Both the position numbers and the translations under genes were made by a program. A stretch of DNA of 64,000 bases from Candidatus Omnitrophota bacterium (GTDB lineage: Bacteria > Omnitrophota > Gorgyraeia > Duberdicusellales > 4484-171), in the NCBI GenBank assembly GCA_037146775.1, contig JBAWWL010000007.1:1536-65535 (forward strand). The letters run 5' to 3'. Numbering within the stretch: the first letter of the stretch is position 1; every line of letters starts with the position of its first letter. Positions 20,980-29,621 of this stretch are shown here, piece by piece. Below the pieces are notes generated by a model, which made no database searches, was not told the origin of the DNA, and saw only the letters and a program-made list of their open reading frames with translations.

Positions 20980-21354
20980 ATGAACGTGATAACGATACAT
21001 AATATTCTCGGGTTTGTGGCTTGCTTGGCTATTCTTTTGCTTTGTGTTTATGTGTTTGTTATCTTTAGTTTTTGTAGGATCCGGTGGGCTATCTTTTTAT
21101 GGCGAAACAGGAAAAAAATGAAAAGTTTATGGGGTATAAATTTAAATTATTTTTTCTTGGGTAATATCAATATGGCCGATTGTAAAAAGTTTATTAAGCC
21201 TGAATATCCCGATTTTGTCGATACTTTTAATGCATATGCCGTACATATTAGGAAGAAACTCGACAAAAGCGATCTTATTGTAAGTATTGGGATTATTGTT
21301 GCGGTTATGGCTTTTGTCGGGTATAAACTGGCAAGCAATGGACATGGTGATTGA
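20980..21354 (+). CDS. Hypothetical membrane protein
   Basis: Two TM-like segments; abuts next gene. Confidence 0.6.
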   Translation: MNVITIHNILGFVACLAILLLCVYVFVIFSFCRIRWAIFLWRNRKKMKSLWGINLNYFFLGNINMADCKKFIKPEYPDFVDTFNAYAVHIRKKLDKSDLIVSIGIIVAVMAFVGYKLASNGHGD

Positions 21355-22223
21355 AGGTATATATGGTGATTGATCTTTTAAGATATGCGATAGTTGGCTT
21401 TCTGTGTTTTTTTAGTTGTACTCCTGCGTTTTGTGCTCAGCAATGGCAAGAATTGGGGAGCGATCATTTTTTTGTATATTTCACTCAAGATGAAAATTTC
21501 GCTAAAGAGGTTTCCGATAAAGCCGAGGAGTACTATATAAAAATCGCCACTGATTTAGGCTACCCTCGCTATTCGCAATTCTGGACTTGGGAGAATAGGG
21601 TAAAAATTTTTCTCTATCCTGACCGCGATGCTTATCTGAAAGGAACAAATCAGCCCAGTTGGTCGGGAGGAATGGCGGATTATACTGCGAAACGTATCGT
21701 GAGCTATGTTAACAGTGAGGGGTTTGTCTATAATATTCTTCCGCACGAAGTCGCACATCTTATTTTCAGAGATTTTGTGGGTTTTAAGGGTGAGGTGCCG
21801 CTTTGGCTGGATGAAGGCGTTGCTCAGTGGGCCGAGCCGCTTAAGAGAGAAAAGGTAAAGGTTGTCAGCAAGAAACTTTTGGATAAGGGGCTACTTTTTT
21901 CCGTCGCAGATATGATTAATCTAAATATCAGAGAAGTTAACGAAAACGACGTAGTGAAGATCAACTCGATACGTAACCAAGACGGCAACAGGACTTTATT
22001 GTCTTTAAGCGGTGGGGAAGTCGTAGGAACCTATTATGTGGAGGCGGTTTCTTTGGTGGACTTTTTGGTAGATTATGGCGGTGCCAGTGGTTTTACCGAA
22101 TTTTGTAGGCAGCTACGTAATGGTAAAAGCCTTCAAAACGCCCTGAAGTCAGCGTATTCTACGCGCATAGGCAGCATAGAGGATTTAGAAAATGCTTGGC
22201 TAGGCTATTTAAGGGCAGAGTAA
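21351..22223 (+). CDS. Secreted zinc metallopeptidase (peptidase MA-like)
   Basis: HEVAH plus PLWLDEGVA gluzincin motifs; signal peptide. Confidence 0.85.
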   Translation: MKVYMVIDLLRYAIVGFLCFFSCTPAFCAQQWQELGSDHFFVYFTQDENFAKEVSDKAEEYYIKIATDLGYPRYSQFWTWENRVKIFLYPDRDAYLKGTNQPSWSGGMADYTAKRIVSYVNSEGFVYNILPHEVAHLIFRDFVGFKGEVPLWLDEGVAQWAEPLKREKVKVVSKKLLDKGLLFSVADMINLNIREVNENDVVKINSIRNQDGNRTLLSLSGGEVVGTYYVEAVSLVDFLVDYGGASGFTEFCRQLRNGKSLQNALKSAYSTRIGSIEDLENAWLGYLRAE

Positions 22224-22546
22224 TTGTGCATGGAAAGAGTTTATTTTGGAAACCTCAATAGCCCATTATAAAAAACTTTATTAAAGGAGGCCTTTTAAGT
22301 AGAGAATCTTCCCCGGGAAGTCCACAAGAAATGCGTTTGAAAAGGCCTTGAAAAATGCTATAATAAACAGCTTTATCAGCGTTCATTGAGGTATAGTTTT
22401 CTGAACCGTCTCGCCATGGAGTGATCATTTCTTGATGAACATTGAAGAATTATCCTTGGAAAGCCTGTTCATCGAAGGCATCTCGGATGCATATCCTCGA
22501 TGCCAATGAAAAACAAGGAATAACCTTAAATAATTTCTTTTTCATT

Positions 22547-22640
22547 GGAGAGGTGGCCGAGTGGTTTAAGGCGGCGGTTTGCTAAACCGCTGTATGGTCG
22601 AAAGGCTGTACCTGGGGTTCAAATCCCCACCTCTCCGCCA
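22547..22640 (+). tRNA. tRNA-Ser(GCT)
   Basis: GGAGAGG/CCTCTCC acceptor stem, long variable arm, loop TT-GCT-AA, encoded CCA. Confidence 0.97.
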
Positions 22641-22784
22641 TAATTTCTGTAAAGCAAAAATTATGGCGAGACCTCGTCAAAAAATCCTGAAGGATTTCTT
22701 GACGGGTCCGTTCACGGAATCAAGTTTTAGTAAATTTTGAAGAGGCGGACTCTCCGCATTATTTTGAAAAGGAAAAATAGCGGG
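22634..22784. repeat. Two tandem double-hairpin REP-like units
   Basis: TCCG..GGCG-linker-..CGGG scaffold, also at 25879 and in short form at 1231. Confidence 0.55.
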
Positions 22785-22876
22785 TCCACGATTACCCATT
22801 GTTTTAAAAGTTGGAATAAAAAATAATAAATTATAAATCATTAGACTCTAAACATTGAACCCCGAACACTAACAAT

Positions 22877-24565
22877 ATGGACTATAAAGCATTTGCCTTA
22901 AAATATCGGCCGCAGAACTTTGATGAAGTCGTAGGTCAGGAACAAACCGTCCTTTCTCTGCGCAACGCCATTATTAAAAAACATGTTCATCATGCTTACC
23001 TTTTTAGCGGTCCGCGCGGGACCGGAAAAACATCTTTGGCAAGAATTTTTGCGAAGTCGCTAAATTGTCAAAGTGCGAACGGCCCGGTTATTAAGCCTTG
23101 CGGCAAGTGCGTGAGTTGCGCGGAAATCATCAAAGGCACCTCACTCGATATTATTGAGATAGACGGCGCTTCCAATCGCCAGATTGACGATATCCGTTCA
23201 TTGCGTGAGAACGTAAAGCTTTCGCCGGCACACTCGCGTTATAAAATCTACATTATTGATGAAGTGCACATGCTTACGTCGGAAGCATTCAATGCGTTGC
23301 TTAAAACCCTTGAAGAGCCGCCACCGCACGTAAAATTTATTTTTGCCACTACTCATCCTCATAAAGTTTTACCTACGATTTTGTCGCGCTGCCAAAAGTT
23401 TCCATTTAGCCTGGTGCCGCTGGAAAAAATCGTTGATAAATTAAAGCGAATAGTTACATCCGAAGGCTTAAAAATTGAAGATAGTCTTCTCTATGCTATT
23501 GGTAGAGCCGCAGGCGGGAGTATTCGTGACGCGGAATCGTTATTAGACCAATTAGTACCGGTGTTGGCACAAAACGGCTCGATAGAAGAGGTATTTTCTT
23601 TTCTTGGTATTATCGACGAAGAAACGCTCAACAGGGCGTTGCAATATATTATAGAAAAAGACTTGGATTCTTCTTTAGCCTTTATAGATAAAATTGCCAA
23701 AGAAGGAAAAGATTTGGGGATATTTCTTAATGCTTTGATCGAATATGTCAGGAATCTTCTTCTCTCGCAGGTCAGCGCAAAAAGCTTTAAAGAACTTATT
23801 GATATATCGCCTCAGGCAAAAGATTTTATTTCTAAATATTCTTCCGGTATTTCTACGACAGAGGTATTACGGATCATTGATTCGCTTATTGAAGCTAAAG
23901 ATTTATCGCATAAACTTAATACCGTGAGAATTCCTCTAGAGCTTGCTTTGGTAAAGTGCTCTTATCATGAGGAGAATCAGAAAATCCTGCCGCAAAAGAA
24001 GGACGATCCGGCCGTTGATACAAAGCCTGCAGTAAGCGACGCCGTTGTCGCGGCTAAGATTGTCGAGGACGAATTTGATTTAGATGTCGAGCCGACAGAT
24101 ATACATAAGGACAAAATGCTCGATGGCGATATTGAGGAAGACCGGCCGGCCGGTGAAGATAACGTGCTCTTTGAGGAGCTGAAAAGCAAATGGCAGGGAA
24201 TAATTGTGCATATTCAGAAAATGAGAGCGGCGATAGCTTCGCATCTTTCCCTTGCCGAGCCCCTTTCTTCGTCGGGGGCGGTTGTGACAATAGGTTTTTC
24301 CCGTAAGGACTATTTTCATAAAGAGATTGTGGAAAGTGCAAAAAACGCAAAGTTTATTGAGGGCGTAATTTCTAATATATTGGGCAAGTCTGTTGGCGTA
24401 AAATTTACTCTTTCTGACAGCGTGAAGCCTTCGGCGCAGCATAGAGTACGAGATGAAGAGGCGGCTAATGAAGAAATTGCTTCGCAGGCAGACGAAGGCG
24501 GTAATGAATTTATGAATGAATTATTGGATACATTTAAGGGGCAATTACATACGGAAAGCGAATAG
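22877..24565 (+). CDS. dnaX: DNA polymerase III gamma/tau
   Basis: KYRPQNF, GPRGTGKT, IIDEVHML, ILSRCQ. Confidence 0.97.
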   Translation: MDYKAFALKYRPQNFDEVVGQEQTVLSLRNAIIKKHVHHAYLFSGPRGTGKTSLARIFAKSLNCQSANGPVIKPCGKCVSCAEIIKGTSLDIIEIDGASNRQIDDIRSLRENVKLSPAHSRYKIYIIDEVHMLTSEAFNALLKTLEEPPPHVKFIFATTHPHKVLPTILSRCQKFPFSLVPLEKIVDKLKRIVTSEGLKIEDSLLYAIGRAAGGSIRDAESLLDQLVPVLAQNGSIEEVFSFLGIIDEETLNRALQYIIEKDLDSSLAFIDKIAKEGKDLGIFLNALIEYVRNLLLSQVSAKSFKELIDISPQAKDFISKYSSGISTTEVLRIIDSLIEAKDLSHKLNTVRIPLELALVKCSYHEENQKILPQKKDDPAVDTKPAVSDAVVAAKIVEDEFDLDVEPTDIHKDKMLDGDIEEDRPAGEDNVLFEELKSKWQGIIVHIQKMRAAIASHLSLAEPLSSSGAVVTIGFSRKDYFHKEIVESAKNAKFIEGVISNILGKSVGVKFTLSDSVKPSAQHRVRDEEAANEEIASQADEGGNEFMNELLDTFKGQLHTESE

Positions 24566-24624
24566 AGGCAATTAACGAATTAAAACATTAACGGATTAAC
24601 TAATTTTTGCACAGGATAACAGAT

Positions 24625-25227
24625 ATGGGAAGTTTTCCTAAAATTTTTAACGATTTAGTCCACAGCTTGGCGCATTTCCCCGGAATAGGTAAGCGTAGTG
24701 CCGAGCGTATTGCGTATTATTTATTGAAGTTGTCGCCTGAGCAGGCTAGCGATCTGGCACAAAAAATAGAGAATATTCATCGCTATATCAAGCCGTGCAA
24801 ACTTTGCAATAATTTTTCTACAGAAGAAATATGCTCTATTTGTGCTGATTACAAAAGGGAAAAAGACATTATTTGTATTGTAGAAGAGCCGAAAGATATT
24901 TTAGCCATAGAAAAGACTGCCCACTATAATGGTCTTTATTATTGTTTGCTGGGGGCGCTTTCTCCCTTGGAGGGCGTGGAGGGCGAGGATTTAAATATAC
25001 GGAAGCTAACCCAGCGCGTTGAGCGTGGCGAAATCAGCGAAGTTATTATTTCTACCGATCCGGATAACGATGGCGAATTGACCGCTCAGTTCTTAATCCA
25101 GCAACTTTCCCCTTATAAAGCGAAAATCTATCGTCTTGCGATTGGTATACCTTTGGGCACGCAAATTGAATATATTGATTCTGCGACGCTGGGCAAAGCG
25201 CTGCTGGATAAGAAACCGGTTGTTTAG
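24625..25227 (+). CDS. recR: Recombination protein RecR
   Basis: PGIGKRSAER HhH, C4 zinc finger, Toprim; follows dnaX. Confidence 0.96.
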   Translation: MGSFPKIFNDLVHSLAHFPGIGKRSAERIAYYLLKLSPEQASDLAQKIENIHRYIKPCKLCNNFSTEEICSICADYKREKDIICIVEEPKDILAIEKTAHYNGLYYCLLGALSPLEGVEGEDLNIRKLTQRVERGEISEVIISTDPDNDGELTAQFLIQQLSPYKAKIYRLAIGIPLGTQIEYIDSATLGKALLDKKPVV

Positions 25228-25265
25228 GTTTAATTAGTAGTATAAGATATTATAGTGAGGGTGTT

Positions 25266-25637
25266 ATGGGAAAGAGAAAAATATTAATTATTGACGATGA
25301 TCCTGATTTATCAAAGCTTCTGGCCATGCTTTTGAGGGCGAATGGTTATGGGGTGTGCAATGCGCTTGATGGTCATAATGGGTTTGTGCTTGCAGAACGA
25401 GAGAAGCCTGATCTCATCCTTCTTGATATAAAAATGCCCGGTAAAGGAGGATTATCAGCCTACAAAGATATCCGAAATTCTGCTGCGACAGCTACCATCC
25501 CTATTATTTTGATGTCGGGTTTATCCAGGGATACCGTTGAAACAGTCGCGAAGGAAATCGCAGCGAACGGTTTTGTGCATAAGCCTTGCGACTCATCAGA
25601 ATTGCTTACTAAGATAAAAGAGGTCTTGAAAGATTAA
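25266..25637 (+). CDS. Single-domain response regulator
   Basis: IIDDD, LLDIKMP, KP receiver motifs. Confidence 0.93.
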   Translation: MGKRKILIIDDDPDLSKLLAMLLRANGYGVCNALDGHNGFVLAEREKPDLILLDIKMPGKGGLSAYKDIRNSAATATIPIILMSGLSRDTVETVAKEIAANGFVHKPCDSSELLTKIKEVLKD

Positions 25638-25866
25638 TTTTGCTGGCACATTTGATTACTGTTGTTGACGCTGTGAGATAATTAAGTTATAATTGGAAAA
25701 TATTTTTTTGATAATTCGGTTTTTCTTACTTCAATATAGCTAAAAACACGCATGTTGGTGGGTAACTTTTATTAGCCAGTGTCTATAATGACGTGTTATA
25801 GATTTTTGTTATTGTTCATATCATATTTAATCTTTAATTTTTGATCTTTGATATTTGATTTTTAGT

Positions 25867-25942
25867 TCCCCGGTAGCTTCCGCCTCTCTGCCTTCGGCAG
25901 AGGGCGAGACCTCGCCACACGAAGGCGTGGCGGGCAATTGGT
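25867..25942 (+). pseudogene. Duplicated tRNA-Asn 5' fragment interrupted by a 56-bp palindromic unit
   Basis: TCCCCGGTAGCT [25879-25934] CAATTGGT equals the first 20 nt of the tRNA at 25999. Confidence 0.75.
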
Positions 25943-25998
25943 TTCTAGGTACAACCTTTGTTTAGATAGAAACCATTAGATGTTCTTTTAAAATTTAT

Positions 25999-26295
25999 TC
26001 CCCGGTAGCTCAATTGGTAGAGCGGCTGGCTGTGCGAAGAAGTGCAGCTTTCCCGAGAAATCGGGATTGAAAAAGCGGGCTAATTCAGGGAACCCCTATT
26101 CCATGTAAATGGAAGGGCAATCCTGAGCTAAGTGGCTAGAGCGAAAGCTTTAGCCTAAATGTGCAGAGACTATATACCCGCTGCCTAACCCCGTATCGTA
26201 TACGGGTATGGTGATGAGATAGTCCAGGCCTTAAAGTAATTTAAGGGATACCTGTAACCAGTAGGTCGTAGGTTCGAGCCCTACCCGGGGAGCCA
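25999..26295 (+). tRNA. tRNA-Asn(GTT) with intron; exons 25999-26033 and 26255-26295
   Basis: Joined exons form a cloverleaf: TCCCCGG/CCGGGGA, loop CT-GT^T-AA, discriminator G, encoded CCA. Confidence 0.93.
26034..26254 (+). ncRNA. Group I intron, 221 nt, no ORF, at tRNA position 35/36
   Basis: P1 GCTGT/GCAGC with U-G at the splice site; P AATTCAGGGAA, Q AATCCTGAGC, R CAGAGACTA, S GAGATAGTCC; terminal G. Confidence 0.93.
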
Positions 26296-27894
26296 TATTG
26301 ACGTCTGACAGCGGATTGCTCCGTCAGACGCCGCAGTATCAAATAGCCCTATTTGGGGATACTTCCCGAATAGGGCTATTTTTATGCCCTCGGGGCCCAA
26401 GACGGCCTTTTTGAGGAGGAGCTTGAAGATCTCTTTCTTCTGGTAGGGATGCAGGGTGTCGAAAAGGCTGTTAAACTTGTCCACAGCCATCATCACGTCC
26501 TCTTTGCGGATCGCTTCACGCTGTATATCGTTTATCTGCGCGTCGAGTTCCACCATCCCGGCCTCAGTGTCTTTTCTTTCCTTGGCCAATTCATCGAGTT
26601 TTTCACGCAGGAATATGCTGTTGTCGGTTGTAGCAAGGGTTGTCCACTTGATCATGATGCCGTCAGCTTGCATTTTTATGTCTTCGAGCTTTCGCTTGAG
26701 CGCGTCACGTTGCGCGTTAAGCTGTGGCAGTTCTTTTTGAAGCTCAGCGTTTGCATCGCGCACCATTGTTTCAATAACGTCCTCTTGGGTTACGAGTCCT
26801 TTTATGTGGTCAATTACCACGCCTTCAATTTCATCGGCTGACATTTTGAATCTGCATGCTTTGCAGTGATAGTAAAAATATTTATTCCCTTTGTGGCCGG
26901 TTCCGCAGGTTCCTTCCATAGGCTTTCCGCAGTTTTCGCATAAGAGCAATCCGCTATTCAAAATATAAACATGTTTTATTGGCGCAGTCTCATTGTGTTT
27001 TGTCGCGGTGTTTTTGGCTAAAAGATTTTGAGTTTTGTAAAAAGTTTCTTCATCGATAATCGGTTCCCATACGGCAGGAACGGTGCGGTATCTGTTGTTT
27101 TCTGGAAGCTTGTCCTGATCCTGCGTTTTCCACTTTTTATTGATTTCCTTTTTACCGATATAAGCGAGATTCACAAGCATCTGTTTCATTGATGACCGGC
27201 CGAATGTTTGCGGTGATCGTGTTTTGTTGCGCCGGGATGTATATCCTTTGGTTCTGTAGCCGTTGGTATTTAACGCCCTGCCGGTTTCAATAAGCGATCC
27301 GCATTCCAGATATTTCCTGAAGGCGAACTGGATCGCGGCTTTTTCCTGTTCGCTTACTTCGAGGTAGCCTTTTTTGTTTGAATTCAAGTTATAGCCTAGT
27401 AAATGCCCGCCATTCCAGAGTCCGCGCTCTGCCCGAGCGATGGTAGCGTCTTTATTGCGCTCGGAGGTTTGCGTCCGTTCAAATTCTGCGAGCGCCATCA
27501 TGATCGTAATGAAAAGCTTGCCTTGCGAGGACGTGGTGTCGTAGTTTTGCTTTAAGCAGACGAACTCGACGTTGTATTTTGTGAGTATCTCGAAGAAGTT
27601 GAGAAAGTCTTTAACGGATCGGCTTATGCGGTCGAGGGCGGTGCAAATAACCGTGTCAACTTTACCGGATTCCATATCGGCAAAAAGTTGTGCGAATTCC
27701 GAGCTTCGAAATGAATCTTTACCCGATACGCCTTTAAGAATATACCGGCCGGTTTCAAGCCAGCTTTCACCGCAGGCTGTGTTCTTATATTCGATGTGGG
27801 CCTGTAACCGCTGGAGCTGGTTTGTGAGTGATCCTTCCGGGTTTCGGGCTTGTTTGTCGGTGCTGACTCTTATAACGAATCCACATTTTTTCAT
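26281..27894 (-). CDS. Large serine recombinase, C-terminally truncated at attL
   Basis: IRVSTDKQ, SGKD, LDRISR, recombinase domain, CENC zinc ribbon, coiled coil; stop codon lies inside the tRNA. Confidence 0.95.
   Translation of the reverse strand: MKKCGFVIRVSTDKQARNPEGSLTNQLQRLQAHIEYKNTACGESWLETGRYILKGVSGKDSFRSSEFAQLFADMESGKVDTVICTALDRISRSVKDFLNFFEILTKYNVEFVCLKQNYDTTSSQGKLFITIMMALAEFERTQTSERNKDATIARAERGLWNGGHLLGYNLNSNKKGYLEVSEQEKAAIQFAFRKYLECGSLIETGRALNTNGYRTKGYTSRRNKTRSPQTFGRSSMKQMLVNLAYIGKKEINKKWKTQDQDKLPENNRYRTVPAVWEPIIDEETFYKTQNLLAKNTATKHNETAPIKHVYILNSGLLLCENCGKPMEGTCGTGHKGNKYFYYHCKACRFKMSADEIEGVVIDHIKGLVTQEDVIETMVRDANAELQKELPQLNAQRDALKRKLEDIKMQADGIMIKWTTLATTDNSIFLREKLDELAKERKDTEAGMVELDAQINDIQREAIRKEDVMMAVDKFNSLFDTLHPYQKKEIFKLLLKKAVLGPEGIKIALFGKYPQIGLFDTAASDGAIRCQTSIWLPG
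26284..26314 (+). other. attL: core CCCGGGGAGCCAT plus arm CGTCTGACAGCGG
   Basis: Core repeated at 43965-43977; arm is a 12/13 inverted match to 43948-43960. Confidence 0.9.
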
Positions 27895-27949
27895 TCTTTC
27901 CTCCGTGTTATAGGTACAACAACACCCCTATAACAACAAGCGGTTCCAG

Positions 27950-28171
27950 TCAAGCTGAATCAATGCCTTGTGACGGCATATCGCGGTTTGCGATTTCGCG
28001 GGCATTGTCTATGGCTTGGCGGACTTTTTCATGTCGTTTAGGATCAACCCGCAATAATCCTTCTTTTTTAAGATAGGCGTATACGCCTTCCGCGAGGATC
28101 TTGGCGACCTTCCTTATCCGTTCGGCTTCGTCCGGGCTCTCAACGTATTCAACTTCAACTTTTAACGCCAT
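27950..28171 (-). CDS. Small protein upstream of recombinase (possible directionality factor)
   Basis: AAGGAGG RBS, co-oriented with the integrase; function is inference. Confidence 0.7.
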   Translation of the reverse strand: MALKVEVEYVESPDEAERIRKVAKILAEGVYAYLKKEGLLRVDPKRHEKVRQAIDNAREIANRDMPSQGIDSA

Positions 28172-28179
28172 GCCTTAAG

Positions 28180-28222
28180 CCTCCTTAAGGCATATATACG
28201 GATTTTGATTACAGAATGTCGG
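28180..28222 (-). promoter_or_regulatory. Candidate element-sigma promoter 1 plus RBS
   Basis: CCGACA-N15-CCGTATATATGCCTTAAGGAGG on minus strand. Confidence 0.75.
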
Positions 28223-28263
28223 AGGCGGTCATCACTGATACGTCAGTTATAGATTGGTAGTAA

Positions 28264-28762
28264 GTTTCGGCGTATTCTGATTTTGGGCTTGCAAGACACA
28301 CGCAAAACAAAGCGAAGGTGTCTCGCAGGCCCTCATCTTTTACGGCTTAGAACCTAAGTTAGCCCTATGTCGTAGCGCCGATGTCGGTTCGGGGATATTC
28401 TGATTCTGGGCTCGATTGAGACACCTGAAAAAAACGGCAAGGTGTCTTGATTGGGCCTTTTTATACCCCGCCGGTACATCCGTAATTATGGAGCTACTGG
28501 TTTCGGCGTATCCTGAATTTGAGCTCGTTTTCAAGACACCTGCAAAAAAACGCGGTGTCTTAAGGCGAGCTTTCTAATCACGGAGCCCTCCGTGATTTCC
28601 TAAGCCCTCAAACTGGCCTATTCTTTAGTTGGGCTTGCTTCAAGACACCGCAAAAAAAACAGCGCGGTGTCTTAGGCGGGCCCTAATTCATTTATACGGC
28701 AAAAGCCGTAGAAGTGTCGGCCTCAAAGGCACCTCGCACAACAGGAGGTGTCTTATGGGGCT
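28264..28762. repeat. Array of four full and one partial hairpin repeats, period about 115-120 bp
   Basis: AGACAC(C)..A-rich loop..GGTGTCT stems with GGGCT/GGCCC outer arms, preceded by a TTCGGCGTATTCTGA-like motif. Confidence 0.85.
28689..28720 (-). promoter_or_regulatory. Candidate element-sigma promoter 2, pointing into the hairpin array
   Basis: CCGACA-N15-CCGTATAAATG on minus strand. Confidence 0.7.
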
Positions 28763-29327
28763 TACGTATGGGTGTGTATTTGAAGGTTGGGAGATCGCGG
28801 TTGCCAAGAAGCTGGTGGATCAGTTCAAGCGCAAGTGGAAGTGTTTTTCCAAGGATGATTTCGATGATCTTTTACAGGAATGTCTGAGCCATTGGTATTT
28901 CGTGAGGAAGAAATACGAAGTATCAAAAGGCGCGTCAAAATCAACGTATATGTCGAACGTCATTAAAAATAAGTTGATGGACATGGTCGAGGAGCGCATG
29001 GCGGAGAAGCGCAAGACTGATCAGATGAGTGTTTCGCTGTATGAGCCTATCAGCGAAGACGACGAAACCGCCATCATCGACAAAATCGCGGACAAATTGA
29101 CAGAGGATTTGACGGAAGTCTTTCGAGTAATCGGCTTAAAGCATGACCTTGCCAGTGCTTTGGAAAAACTTACGCCTCAGCAAAAAGAGCTTTGCCGTTT
29201 GCTTGAGGAAGGCGTGAGTATTAAGGAGGCCGGACAGAAGCTCAATATTCACCGAAGCACTGTTTATGAAGAAATAAAGCGTATCGCAGAGGCGTTCGAA
29301 GGAAACGGCTTAAAAAATTATCTATAA
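28755..29327 (+). CDS. ECF-like sigma-70 family factor, 190 aa
   Basis: Region 2-like DFDDLLQE..STYMSNVIKN; region 4 LEKLTPQQKE..SIKEAGQKLNIHRSTV; AGGAGG RBS before ATG 28755. Confidence 0.88.
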   Translation: MGLTYGCVFEGWEIAVAKKLVDQFKRKWKCFSKDDFDDLLQECLSHWYFVRKKYEVSKGASKSTYMSNVIKNKLMDMVEERMAEKRKTDQMSVSLYEPISEDDETAIIDKIADKLTEDLTEVFRVIGLKHDLASALEKLTPQQKELCRLLEEGVSIKEAGQKLNIHRSTVYEEIKRIAEAFEGNGLKNYL

Positions 29328-29332
29328 ATCAC

Positions 29333-29374
29333 CCGACACTTTGGCGTGGGAGTCCGTATATATGCCTTAGGAGG
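29333..29374 (+). promoter_or_regulatory. Candidate element-sigma promoter 3 plus RBS
   Basis: CCGACA-N15-CCGTATATATGCCTTAGGAGG ahead of the replication genes. Confidence 0.75.
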
Positions 29375-29382
29375 AAAGAAAA

Positions 29383-29619
29383 GTGCAGGACACAGGTGAA
29401 ATATTTGAAGCAGGCAATATCTACTTAGCGGCCTATCTCGTTTACCGTGGATTTTCTATTCGCGGGCTTACCGGTTACGGCAGACAGAAACGCCTCCAGT
29501 TTGATAACTCCCCGGAAATTCAAAAGACCAGCAAAGAATTCTTCGAGAATTCCGATGCATCGCGTCTTTTCGATTGTTACCGCAAAACCAAAGACTATTT
29601 ATTTCAAAACGGAGTGTGA
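29383..29619 (+). CDS. Small protein, DUF5659-like
   Basis: NIYLAAYL motif, strong RBS, precedes primase. Confidence 0.65.
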   Translation: MQDTGEIFEAGNIYLAAYLVYRGFSIRGLTGYGRQKRLQFDNSPEIQKTSKEFFENSDASRLFDCYRKTKDYLFQNGV

Positions 29620-29621
29620 TC

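Noticed and set aside
22641-22876. SRP RNA, often found between tRNA-Ser and dnaX
   Set aside because: No CAGG-GNRA-AGCA domain IV motif found; the region is explained by palindromic units.
15641-26295. RtcB/archease as the ligase for the tRNA-Asn intron
   Set aside because: The intron has group I core elements and should self-splice; no bulge-helix-bulge is evident.
25999-26295. Reading the gene as tRNA-Thr(TGT)
   Set aside because: That junction gives an intron not ending in G and loses the P1 U-G pair; the T1-A72 pair and G discriminator fit Asn.
28629-28754. N-terminal extension of the sigma ORF, and ORF 28340..28534
   Set aside because: Both run through the hairpin repeats; the strong RBS supports ATG 28755.
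28264-28762. CRISPR array
   Set aside because: Repeats are about 70 nt and too degenerate, and no cas genes are in the window; kept as an unexplained array.
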